Shown: positions 1-11,942, numbered from the stretch's first letter. The stretch is 39,839 bases of DNA from Octopus bimaculoides (GCF_001194135.2 NC_068982.1:101870102-101909940); one strand, 5' to 3'. The notes: generated by a model from the sequence alone, not told the origin. Made by a program: numbers and translations.

Positions 1-56
1 ATATATATATATATATATATACACAAATGCAGTCGCACAAATACACACATACAGAC

Positions 57-219
57 AGGTGCGAGCGTGGCTGTGTGGTAAGAAGTATGCTACTCATCCA
101 CATGATTCAGGCTCGGTCCCACTTCATAACACCTTGGACAAATGTCTTCTACTATAAGGTTTGGCTAAAACCTTGTGATCTGATTTGGTATACAGAAACT
201 GAACTGAAAGAAGCAGAAG
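57..219 (+). mobile_element. tRNA-derived SINE, 5' half (octopus-type)
   Basis: A-box-like TGGCTGTGTGGTA and B-box-like GGCTCGGTCCCAC, then CCTTGGACAAATGTCTTCTACTATA...GAAACTGAAAGAAGC. It aligns by eye to the copy at 36651-36805. Confidence 0.8.
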
Positions 220-757
220 TGCATATTATTGACATGATTGTTGATTGTTGTTATATCGACAAAATACCCCTCAGGATCATGAATAACAGGTTTCTTCCGT
301 CTTGTTTTGAGCCTTCAGGGTGGTATTTGTTACTTTCTTTCCTGAAATTTCCCCATTTTCTTATAAAATGAAATCAAAGACACGAGAGTTTAGATAAGAG
401 ACCAGTGAAGGAGGCTTATGTTTGGAAGAACAATCTCGACGCTGCCCTCCAAACCTAGGGGGTTTGGATCCAAAGAATCAACAACATCATAATCAGTGCT
501 GCCAAAACAGGTGTCAGGATATTACTGACTACTAGAAGTTGCATACTGCAACTTCACAGGCTGCCAAAGATTATTGGTTTGGCACAGCTAAAGAAAGCAT
601 GGCTTGCATTTGTTTGTGACAGTTATGGACACAAAACCAGGATATCTCTTATGTCGTGACACAAATTGTCTAAGAGCTTTGTATTCACAGCAAAGACCTC
701 TACGAATGTTCATGCCATTGCTAGAACGACAGCAGCAGAAACACAAACAAGAACAGC

Positions 758-918
758 AGAGAGAGAGAGAGAGACAGAGACAGAGAGAGAGGCAGAGAGA
801 GAGAGAGGCAGAGAGAGAGAGAGAGGGGGAGAGGGACGGACGGACGGATGGACGGACGGATGGACGGATGGACGGATGGACGGATGGACGGAAGGAGGGA
901 GGACGGAGGGAAGGAGGA

Positions 919-952
<34 letters not shown>
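758..952. repeat. Compound microsatellite (AG)n-(GGAC/GGAT)n-(GGAG)-(AG)n
   Basis: Directly visible; it accounts for the repetitive parts of ORFs 588-1190, 604-1089, 666-1121 and 710-958. Confidence 0.97.
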
Positions 953-957
<5 letters not shown>

Positions 958-3049
958 CTAGTAAAACAAACAGCGGTCAGAAAGAATGTAACAGCAGCAC
1001 CAACAGCAAAAACAAGAGCAACTACAAGTGGAATAACATCCCCAACATTATCAGAAATAGAATTTCCAAACCCCAACGCAACAGCATAAGACATATCAGT
1101 TACACCTACATGGGTAACTAAGGAATATAATTGAAACCTGTCCGAGGAAGGTGGAGGAGAAACAAGACAAAACAAGCTTATTCTCAGCAAAATATTGGGA
1201 AATTAGAAAGGAGCAGAAAACTCTACATTATAATACACCAACTTGAGCACAATCATCATAACTCCGACCACCACGGCAGCCACTACCACCACCATACTTC
1301 AAAGGAGTATACATTTGATGCAGTGCCACTCCGGCATATTCAGTTCCACAAATTGCGTAATTTCTTACACTAAATCATTTACATGCAATGTAATTAGAAG
1401 TGGAGTGGCACAGAAACAATTGTTACAAATACAAAAGTTGCACTAATTTCATTTTTCGTTTTCTTCCTCAGATTTTAGACATACGCACGCGCACACACAC
1501 GCGTGTAGGATTGCTCGTCGTAAAAAAATTTGATCTCGATTCATTAAGATATCTGCACTTAAATTCCTTCTTTCTAAGCAGTGTTGAATTCCATATGACA
1601 GCTCTAAAAGCTATACTCTCCAACGACATACATCGCAACTTTTAATAGCAGATAGGTCGACAAGCAAATATTAAATCTCTTCCTGGTTGACGTGTAACAA
1701 TGTTCAATTGATGGGCTAAGAAGTATTCTCGCAATTTTTCAACTGATTTGATTGACTATTGCAAAGGATTCTACTTCTTCAGAGACCCATTCATTTCCAA
1801 TATCATTCAATTTATCTGAATATAAGTAAATTAGCTGCCAATTTTGCATTAAGATAGGACTATTGATGATATAAACACGTGTTTGAAGGGTAAGTATTGA
1901 ACCAGGGGTTAGAACAAATAACAACGCTGCTGCTACACTCTCAATGCATCAATACTTTCAGCTGCTTTTTAATTATATCAAGATATGCAGGTGACAATGG
2001 AAAACGTTGATATTATTAGCTTCAAACAAGGATCCGCGATTTCATCAAAATTTGTTACTTATTTTCAATAATATACGCTTCACTCTATAAAACGCTCCAT
2101 TCCATTTGAATTCCTTGGCACAGGAAATCAGTTTTCGGTCTGCCAGGATTCGATAGCATCTTGCCTTCTCTAAATTTGTGAATTTACATTTCTTTTACAC
2201 CTCAGTAAAAGTCCTACATCTTTGGCATATTTGAAGCAAATTTTCCAAATTTTAGCAATATTTTAAAATTCCTATTTATATCACCACACCATCAAATTTA
2301 TTCCTTTCAAACATTTTGCAGTTTCTCTCGTTACGCTTTAAAATAATGGGAAGTTTATTCGTTACTCCAGATGCCAATGTTTTGTAACTACAAATGGTAA
2401 TCGCATAAATTACAATAGTTCATCATTTGCTTCCGAAATTGTAAATTTTGTTCTTTGGGACGTAGCAGTCCTTGATAATATGCCGAATGATGATCAACAC
2501 TAATGATTTTCATGAATCTAGCTTAAAACATCACTAAGTGGGGGATATGAAATGTATCTAACCTTGTGACTCATAACTGTTGGTGTGGAGTCACCTACTA
2601 AGTGTTTGTTACCAGAGGTTATTGACTAAAATACCTGGCCGCCATGGCACCTACGAGAGTATATCTTATTCCCTCGGAGACTATTTCATTAATTTCATTT
2701 TTAATAAACCTGCGGAAGAAATATCGAGTAGAGCAACTTATGGACATAACTTCAATAGAAATTCCTGTGCTTGATTTAGTCATACTTGACATCTCCACAG
2801 ATTCGTAAAATAGTATATCAAATAGCTGATCAATACATATACCAGATACACTCCAAGGCAGAAGTTTACCTTTAATTTAATCTGGAGTTATTAGAATTTT
2901 GATAAAGCAGAGCTTCCCAAAATTATAGAAATATCTAATTCGGTAATAACAAACACTTCTACGAATGGCAATCATTCGTTTAATTTAGTTTCTCCAGTTA
3001 GCTTTTCCATTTATATTTAGCTTGCTTCCATTAATAAATTGCTCCTTTG

Positions 3050-4570
3050 GACATAATATAGAATATTATTTAATTGCCAGCCTTTTCACAATCTCTTCGT
3101 TACCACAACCAATAAGCTATGGTTATTTGCCATTAGTTTGATGATTGATACTGCTAATAACTTTGGTTTTCGACATATTTTTTTCAAAATACTCCATCAC
3201 ATTATATTAAATCATGATATACCAACAACAAAAACTCTCTGAAACCATGCAATGCTATTGATGGAGACTAAATACAAGACTTATCTAGGGTTGAAATCTA
3301 TTTCCCCAAAACACCAACATGGAATTTGAGTTATTTATAATAGTAGTATCCATGACACTAATTATAAAGTCTTCAAGTAAGACTTTTCAGAATTAGCATC
3401 CAGCAGGCTGATGTTTCTTTTTTTCCTGTTTTAAGAAATAAAGTAATGTTATGACAGCCTGTTTTTGGATTGGCTTCGTAAAGTCCTTGGCAAAACGAAC
3501 CTAAGTGCTTCCTTCATAAACGGTTTGAGAACATTACAACATTTTTATATATTTGCGTAAAAGAACTGTTGAAATATTTAATAGGTTGTCTAGTACGTTG
3601 TTTCAGTGAAAATAGTGTTCTTCGTTCATTGAGTATATTTTTGATTTTTGCTTCAAGTAAATTTAGATGCAATTAAAGTTTTTGCTATTGAATAGTAGAT
3701 AATGCTATATTCATCCCACTGTTTTGCAATTTTTCAGGTAACTCAATTTATACATCGGAAATGCCTGCAGCATGCCCTGTGTTAAAAGAAATATATTCAT
3801 TTTCTCTCACTCGTTTACATAAGTCTGAGATATCTATCATAAGTCTAAGATATCTTTCAAAGTGGATAAAAAATTCTATCAAAACCTTCCGCAGAAATAT
3901 TATGTCACATTGATGGGTTGATATTTAATGATGGCATTGTTGATCATGAATAGCTTCTATGCAGGGCTTCCTAAAGTAGATCTCGAGCAACACAAGGGTT
4001 CTGTAAAAAATTTCAGCGTTATAAGGTGGTTTAATAAAAGTTCTAAAAATGTATTTTACATGAAACAAAATATATTCACCATTTTGAAAATACCACATTT
4101 TTATACCTTTTTATGTGAATAATTTCCCTCTCTAAAATATATTTTGTATTATCTAATGCCGTATTAATATTCTGATAGTAGCAATCGTCCGTTGCTTCTA
4201 CGAGTTTTGCAATGCGTATAAGGATTCCGCCACATAATAGTCTGAGAATCAATGATTTAGAAGTTTAAAATTGTCCAAATACTTAAATTTCAAGATGCAA
4301 TACCTATACAGGTTGAATTGCATGCACCAGATTTCAGCGACCAACTAAGTAGAAAGTACAGGCCAGTAGAAAGAACAGTTAACTCTCGTAAGACTATATG
4401 GGATTTTCTTATTCTAGTGTTAGTACTTATCATAATAATATAGAAAAGCATTCGCTTTTGTATACCACGAAATGATGGACAACAAATTTGGTCTTGGAGA
4501 AAATTGAATTCAGAACGTAATGATATTTTGTTTGACACTCTTACAGTTACGCACACCCACACTCCTTGCA
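3050..4570 (-). mobile_element. Highly degenerate Gypsy/Ty3-like LTR retrotransposon pol remnant (RT-RNaseH-integrase)
   Basis: Manual minus-strand translation gives motif-like segments in Gypsy order: LSTGLYFLLSWSLKSG (cf. RT YFSxLDLKSG), ATDDCYYQ...KYILER (cf. YxDD), KQRTRQPIKYFNSSFTQ...TGCHNITLFLK (cf. RNase H PIAYxSRxL...TDH), and GEIDF...SSINHQTNG (cf. integrase IDF...HPQTNG). There are many stops and frameshifts, and each motif alone is weak. Confidence 0.45.
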
Positions 4571-5559
4571 ATTATCATAAACCAAAAGGGATCTGAACTA
4601 AAAATGAAATTAAATAATAAAATATTAAACAAGATTAACTACAATGAAACAAAAATAGAATTATCTATTTCAGATCTCAAATGAATGTTTCGTTTAATTC
4701 AGATAGAAGAGATATTTTCTTAAAAGCCCGAGCTGAAGAGCTAAAAATCCGGAATCGATAATATAAAAATATGCTATCAACAGATGTTCTTATACACGAT
4801 CACCGCGATATTTACCGCAACTCAATGTAGTATGTTGCTGTTCCGAATAAAAAGAAATCATGCACAAACATATATATGCATTACACACATCTATATGTAT
4901 GCATGTCAAATTGAGAGCATGCAGATTTTATTGGTCAGTCGCCTACACATTTCCCTCTCCTCCATCATCTCCGCAAATGTTTGTTTATTAAGGCATGTTT
5001 TCCTGTATCTGATTCACAAATACACAGAAATGAACGTTACGCATACTCAAAAGCATGTGTATAACACATTCATCTAAACATATTTTCAATATGTGAACAT
5101 TTTACTTCAAACGAATCTGGTAGAATCATTTTTTACATTGAATTTCATTAGACACAGCTGTCATGAGCTTTCCCCTGTATTAGTTTAATCACATGTGAAG
5201 CAGCTAAATAAATATTCACGCTATTATTGAATAATAGCACAATATTTAACATCTTTCATTAGCTGAAAATTTCGTGAGTTTAGTTGATGGAAAATTAAAC
5301 ACACAAATACACGTGAAATACATACACATATATGCGTGTGAATGTGTGTGTGTCTGTTCTTAACAGACATATTTCCAGAATTTAATAAATATTTCATTCC
5401 CGCTAGAGATGATTTTCTTGTAGACAAGTGATAAAACATTTCTCGAATTGTTTGTTGGACGCGATAGCACTGGATGATTTTAAAAGATGTAGCAAGGCCA
5501 CTCTGTGTAAATGCTTAACAGGCTTGTAAATCGAAGTTTCTGTCATCTGTTGGTTAAAA

Positions 5560-5674
5560 CTAAGTATGTGAATGTATATGCACACATATAGATATACATA
5601 AATGCATTGATACATGCATACATACATATAAACATATATATAGACATGCATGCATACATAAATACACACATACA

Positions 5675-5734
<60 letters not shown>

Positions 5735-5859
5735 TAAAACATACATTCATACATACAAACATATAAACAAACATACATGTAGACATGCATGCATGCATAC
5801 ATAAATACATACATACGTGCATACATAGATATATACATGCATACATACTTACGTACACA
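5560..5859. repeat. (TACA)n/(TA)n compound microsatellite
   Basis: Directly visible, with a pure (TA)n run at about 5677-5730. Confidence 0.95.
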
Positions 5860-6321
5860 AATGTAAGCACAACAGACCTGATATAATGATTTGGGATATA
5901 GAACAGAAATTGTGTACAGTTGTCGTGTTTAGCTGCCCAGGGGATGTTAACATAAAGCTGAAGATCAGTGAAAAACAGAATACCTACGTCGAACTATTGA
6001 GAAATCTGTAGTTACTCTATCAAGATTGCAATTTCAGGTTTATACCTGTAATTAGTGGAGCCCTGATATATGTAACATACTGCTTAAAGCAATATTGAGA
6101 AATTACGATTCTCAAACCTAGAATGGAGAAAGGTAATTCGAAGACTACAGATCCAGTCCATCATTGGAACTGTAAAAATCTGTAAAACTTTTCAGAAGTT
6201 TATCATTTAAATATATATAAGCATGTCTAGATATGCAACTATATACATCAGCATAGCTACATAAAACAAAACATATAAATCTGCATATATACATACATAC
6301 ATATATACATACATACATACA

Positions 6322-6355
<34 letters not shown>

Positions 6356-6362
6356 CATACAT
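5860..6362 (+). mobile_element. R4/Dong-clade non-LTR retrotransposon, 5'-truncated copy A (degenerate RLE domain, partial 3'UTR, (TACA)n)
   Basis: Near-duplicate of 6471-6860, starting AAATGTAAGCACAACAGACCTGATATAATGATTTGGGAT and ending CAGAAGTTTATCATTTAA at 6210. It has internal stops and indels and is followed by (TACA)n at about 6290-6362. Confidence 0.85.
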
Positions 6363-7064
6363 ATAATGAAATCCGTCGGAAGGATAATCTCGAAGACAAA
6401 GAAATATGAACCATAATATTCCATAATGGAAAGGAATACTGATGGAATATACCAGTGGAGACCTCAATAAAATGTAAGCACAACAGGCCTGATATAATGA
6501 TTTGGGATAGAGAAGAGAAACTGCGTACAGTTGCCGAAATTAGCTGCCCAGCAAATGCTAACATAAAGCTGAAGATCAATGAAAGAGAGAACACCTATGC
6601 CGAACTGTTGAGAAATCTGCAGTTACTCTATCAAGATTACAAGTTCAGATTTATACCTGTAATTATTGTGGCACTGGGATATGCAACACACTGCCTAAAT
6701 ACCAATCTTGAGAAATTAGGCTTCTCAAAACCAGAAAGGAGAAAGCTAATTCGAAGACTACAGATCCAATCCATCATTGGAACTGTAAAAATTTGCAAAA
6801 CTTTCCAGAAGTTTATCATTTAAGGATATATGAGCATGTCTAGATACGTAACTATATGGAAGAGAATACATACATACATACATACATACATACATACATA
6901 CATACATACATACCATGTTGTTGATGCTGAAATTCCAATAAAGAAGCTCTGGATTTAGGTTAGAAACCGGCTCTTTCTCTATTGGCAAGATCTTGAAATA
7001 AAACTGAACAATGACATACATGTATACATACATACATACATGATTCATATACACATACATACAT
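6363..7064 (+). mobile_element. R4/Dong-clade non-LTR retrotransposon, 5'-truncated copy B (restriction-like endonuclease C-terminus, 3'UTR, TACA tail)
   Basis: ORF 6455-6823 reads KHNRPDIMIWD...AEISCPANANIKLKINERENTYAEL...FIPVIIVALG...LQIQSIIGTVKI, matching the PD-(D/E)xK RLE tail of R4-clade elements. The frame extends upstream through stops (YNEIRRKD...EY*WNIPVET). It has an internal (TACA)n at 6867-6913 and a terminal segment ending CTTGAAATAAAACTGAACAATGA-CATACA. Confidence 0.9.
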
Positions 7065-7447
7065 AAGGACAAATATAGGCTTTGCAAAACCGAAGGTATA
7101 GTCTGGAACAGGATAAGACAAAAGGAAAGATGAAGTTGACTATATTGAGTCCGATGGATCAAAGAACTTAAAAATTACAACAGACACAAAATTTAAGCAC
7201 AATCAGCCAGATATGGTATGGGACCCTGAGAAAAAATATGCTCTCTTATGGAAATCAGCTTCTCTCTCGTCAGCAATATAGTCAGAAAACCTCAGATGAA
7301 AGAAGACATTCTTTCACCAACGAATTGGGTTCTTCGAGAGAAAATGCAACTCCTTATACCGACTTGTACCAGCATGCAATGACTGGTATGGTTCATTTGG
7401 ACCGTAATCACTGCCCAGACGTGAAGTTTCAACGACGTGTAAAGTAA
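7065..7447 (+). mobile_element. Divergent R4/Dong-like fragment (copy C)
   Basis: Translation gives KDKYRLCKTE (cf. zinc-knuckle CRLC), ITTDTKFKHNQPDMVWDPEKK (cf. HNRPD) and, after a frameshift, MEISFSLVSNIVRK (cf. EISCPxDxNI). It begins right after the TACA tail of copy B. Confidence 0.65.
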
Positions 7448-7490
7448 CGCATTGGTTCCATTACACAGCCGTCGCATTAATATTTATCTG

Positions 7491-7565
7491 TAACACCCTA
7501 CATTATAACACCCTACATTATAACACCCTACATTATAACACCCTACATTATAACACCCTACATTA
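7491..7565 (+). repeat. Perfect minisatellite, 5 x TAACACCCTACATTA (15 nt)
   Basis: Five identical units read directly from the sequence. Confidence 0.98.
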
Positions 7566-8192
7566 CTGCCAATACAATGCACATAAACACATCCTGTTAT
7601 TCACTCACGTACGTAAACTTCTTCCCTCTCCAAACGTAGATCATATTGATGAAAACTATAAAAAAACTGCAAGACCATTTAAAAATTTAAAGGATAATGA
7701 ACAACGTTGCTGTTATGCAGGTGGTTAGTTAAAAAGAACTCTAGGTTAAAAAGAGGAAAAGAAAATAATGTTTATGCATATAAAAAGGATTTAAACAGTG
7801 AAAAACCCAAAGCGTTTCAACCTCTCTAATGTAGATAAAATACACCAAAGCACACAATAATTACTTAACATTAAGTTAGGTTATCTAAGGCTATGACATT
7901 CGTTTACATGATAAATATAGAACAGAACAAAGAAGTGACTCTTGAAAGTCACATGAAACAAGTTCATTAAAAAAAATATTTCTCACATAGACGCGTCTTG
8001 TTCCTACCAATCTCACTTGCGACTTGGTTCGTCAGCTAGCTTAGACAAACTACACATCATTATTCGATATTACTTAGCAAATATCTCACTTTTTTTTTCA
8101 TTACAACAGATTACTCATCTGAGAAAGAATTGTGTCTACAGCAGAGAATCTTCTCACAGAACAGTATCCCTAAATCTGTTAAATGGACGATG

Positions 8193-8971
8193 TCAACAGT
8201 GTAAATGACTCTTGCATAACTGGCAATAATATATGTGAGTGCATGCGTGTGTGTATGCATATATATATATATATGTATATATGTATGTGTATGTATGTAT
8301 ATCTTGCATTGTTGATGAGTTTGTGAATTTGTTTGTGAATTTGTTTTTTAACCTGTGGCTCACGTGTGATAACGTAAATTCCTGAATGACACAACGAGAT
8401 CCTGGTACTTGATTTTTCCTTATAGACAAATAATACACGTTCCTTAAATTGAACATTTTTCTCAAAGTAAAAATAATGCCAGAGGAACAATAAACATATC
8501 TGTAATATTGACCACGTACCGAAGACTTTCTCTGCCGTTCAACAGCACACATATAATCTTGTACGTGCTGAATGAAGAAAGAAAGTGAGAAAAAAGACAA
8601 AAGAGAGATAGATTTAATTAGATGTGTGTTAGTGAACTCGAGTTTACTTACAACTAACACACACACACACGCACTTACGAATGTAAACGAAGAACAACAT
8701 GCAAATGTAAACCTTCTTATTGATTCCCCTTCTTCAATAAAAAGTCTTAGAGGCATAAAAGCTAGTTTTGATATCATCAGTAATCCAATCCGGAACTGTT
8801 CTCTCTCCACTTAGGAATTAAAACTCTCTTCCATTGATTATTTTTCTCTCCCACTCGCCTCCTCTTTCCTACTGCTTTTTCAGCTCCTCTCCTTAATCTC
8901 TCCCCGATTGCAGGCGGTTACATCTGAATGAACAAATCATCGATAATTAGTTCTGTCTCTGATCTTCCTAC
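8193..8971 (-). other. Candidate spliced transcript (exons 8971-8679, 8567-8364, 8219 onward); lncRNA/UTR or 109-aa small ORF
   Basis: Canonical sites: TTTTTGTTAG|G at 8972/8971, TTC|GTAAGT at 8679/8678, a long polypyrimidine tract plus TTCAG|C at 8568/8567, CAC|GTGAGC at 8364/8363, and TTATTGCCAG|T at 8220/8219. The microsatellites fall in the predicted introns. I recognise no protein homology. Confidence 0.4.
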
Positions 8972-9049
8972 CTAACAAAAATCAAAGATAGTATTTTTGT
9001 ACATATTTTTTTATGCACACATAAGGGAAATGCTTTCGTTTTTGTAAAA

Positions 9050-9157
9050 TGGGCTTCGTATACACACACATATAAGTGTGTGCATGTATGTATATGTAAA
9101 TATGCACGTACATATGTATGAATATATACATATATATACATAGATATATCTATGTGC

Positions 9158-9203
<46 letters not shown>

Positions 9204-9320
9204 GTATGTATATGTGTGTGTGTGTGTGCACGCGTGCGTGTGTGTATGTATATGTGTGCGCATGTATGTATAGTCAAAGTTCCACACAAGTACACATGTG
9301 TATGCATGTCTGTGTGTGTG
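9050..9320. repeat. (CA)n/(TA)n/(TG)n compound microsatellite
   Basis: Directly visible. Confidence 0.93.
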
Positions 9321-9444
9321 AGTGTTCGTATTTATGTGTAAGATTCTTGTCAATCTTTCCTTATCTAGTAATTTCTAGATTTTTTTTTCTCAATATTTTA
9401 TCACTATATCATCATCATCATAACCAACATGTTCAGTATGGATG

Positions 9445-9620
9445 CCCTGTTGATGCAACAGCCACCAAAACTATGGATTTCAATATCATCATCGAACATT
9501 TTCAGCAGCCATTTTGATCCATTTCTTTTATTAATCTATTGCAGTTTGCATTGAATAACACGCACACAAACACACATTTACTTTCAGGGTAATTTTGATG
9601 CAACAACCAGTGGGGAGTTT
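9445..9620. repeat. Unclassified dispersed repeat, copy 1 (paralog at 12526-12690)
   Basis: CCTGTTGATGCAAC...CCAAAA...GGATTTCA...GCAGCCATTTT.ATCCATTTCTT...AATCTATT...ATTGAATAA...ATTTACTTTCAG.GTAATTT is colinear in both copies. Confidence 0.85.
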
Positions 9621-9772
9621 TTCTCGCTTAGATATATTTTCTTTATTTTGTTTCAGTTTATTCTCTTATATTTATACTATGTGTTTCCATATACATACAC
9701 GCACACACATACACACTTATGTGTTTACGGATAGAGGGAGGGATATGTGCGTACTTTTCTTTGTATGTATGC

Positions 9773-10364
<592 letters not shown>

Positions 10365-11192
10365 TTGGCATCAGGAAGCATTTTATTATGACTTCTAATC
10401 ATATGAAGAGACATTGATCTACGAAATACATTTATTTCTAGACTGAAAAGACTAGAATACGATCATTACCTCTAGAATGTTAGAACTGATTTCACAAAAC
10501 AGCGCGGATTACTCAAAGCATAACAAACGTGTGGTGTTGCACCGAATGATCTAGAGAGTAACACGTGTGTAAGAAGGTTATAGTGCTATGATAACATTTT
10601 TTTTTGCAGGAACGCATAGTTTGCTATTTGTCATCCAGAAATTCATTCCTTCAATCAAGATTGAAGGCCACTATGAGCCGAAGTAACAGGGTACTGATTA
10701 AAAGGTTTAAGGTTTACTTTATTGGTTTCATACACTGCACTTTCTTACTCTGCGTTTTTGTCATGAAAATGTTATATAATTTCAACAGCATTAAAAACAA
10801 ACTTTTCCACGACAAAACCATATATCCCTCGACAGCTCAGTTCACTTGACTTAAATATTTACCCACGGTTATATTTATATCTATACTAAAATAAACAATA
10901 AAGTCTGTTTTATATGTGTAACACCCTCAATAATAGTGTTCGCCGGGGTTACGTGCCCTTGACATGGTCTACGAAAGAGAAATTATTATTGATGCTGTAT
11001 GTTTAAATGAGCGACGGGACTTCTACAAGAGAGCGAGGTTTGTAAGATATGTACTTATGGGAATCGTATTCATTGCCAAGCGAGAAATCGTTCTAAGGGA
11101 ACGCAAAAATATCTCTTAAAGGAAAAATTTGTGTCGCAGTCATAACCTTATTAAGAGGTTAGCTTATCTCTATAATGCCGTCTCTCTCTCGC

Positions 11193-11245
<53 letters not shown>

Positions 11246-11454
11246 TGTACAGTGTAAGGTTTACTTAGACATTCATAAATTCCACGTGAACACTATGTTC
11301 TTATTGAAGACAGGTGTAATCCTACACTTCGAAACAATTCGTTACGAATAAAAAATATGTCCACTTGAAATTTGGATACAATAGGCATACGATAAAATAC
11401 TTATTTTAATGAATTCAGTCACTGGATTGTGAGCAGCTCTTCCAAGTGTATAAT

Positions 11455-11535
11455 CAATTATATCGACCCTAGTACTGAAATGGTATTTAAATCATTGACC
11501 TAGGTGAGATAAAAGACTAAGTCAACGTGGGTGGT
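11455..11535 (-). mobile_element. Degenerate SINE core fragment
   Basis: ATCGACCCTAGTACTGAAATGGTATTTAAATCATTGACC...AAGTCAAC resembles ATCGACCCCAGTAC...TTTATCGACCCCGAAAGGATGAAA.GCAAAGTCGA at 33539-33602. Confidence 0.55.
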
Positions 11536-11907
11536 TTATGAATATTGTATGTAACGAGCCGTAGCCAAATAACGCAACATATTTTATCTGAAGATCTTCT
11601 GAAACTGCTCTCTATCTCCCATCATTTTCAGAGCATTATGTAGTTTATTTGTATTTATATTTCTGGATAGAATGATTTTCACAGGCTTAGCTGAGAGTTC
11701 TCTTCACATCTATGTGGTTACTGGTACGATCCATCTGCATTGCATATATAGTAGTAAGATTTGGGCTGAAAGTAATGTGCGTATATGTGTGTAAGTATGT
11801 ATGAATTCTCTTTCCTTTCCCGAGCGTCTAGTAACACAATCTGTATCACGTCCTCACGTTGTGGTTTTTGTTGTTGTTTTTTTGTCTTTTTCCTTTTTTT
11901 TTGAACC

Positions 11908-11942
<35 letters not shown>

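Noticed and set aside
57-140. tRNA gene calls for SINE heads (also 17545, 33828, 36651)
   Set aside because: A/B-box-like motifs are present, but I see no complete cloverleaf and each continues into SINE body sequence.
535-555. Perfect 9-bp hairpin GAAGTTGCA-TAC-TGCAACTTC (a similar 8-bp stem occurs near 22175-22195)
   Set aside because: Stems of this length are expected by chance in 40 kb, and there is no supporting context.
5403-5870. ORFs rich in YI/CV/HT/SIYL repeats here and at 9152-10414, 13144-13844, 17305-17633, 18281-18628, 26035-26667, 31457-31965 and 34466-35075
   Set aside because: They are translations of stop-free microsatellites, not protein-like sequence.
7491-7565. CRISPR array or telomeric repeat interpretation
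   Set aside because: The units abut with no spacers, there are no cas genes and the context is eukaryotic; the unit is not TTAGGG.
8679-8715. LHVVLRL on the minus strand resembling the ubiquitin C-terminus LHLVLRL
   Set aside because: An in-frame stop lies just upstream, there is no RGG and no other ubiquitin residues are present.
10611-10700. Acceptor TTTTTTTTTTGCAG followed by ORF 10604-10849; similar isolated sites at 12884 and 13018
   Set aside because: No convincing paired donor or acceptor and no recognisable peptide; isolated sites are common in AT-rich DNA.
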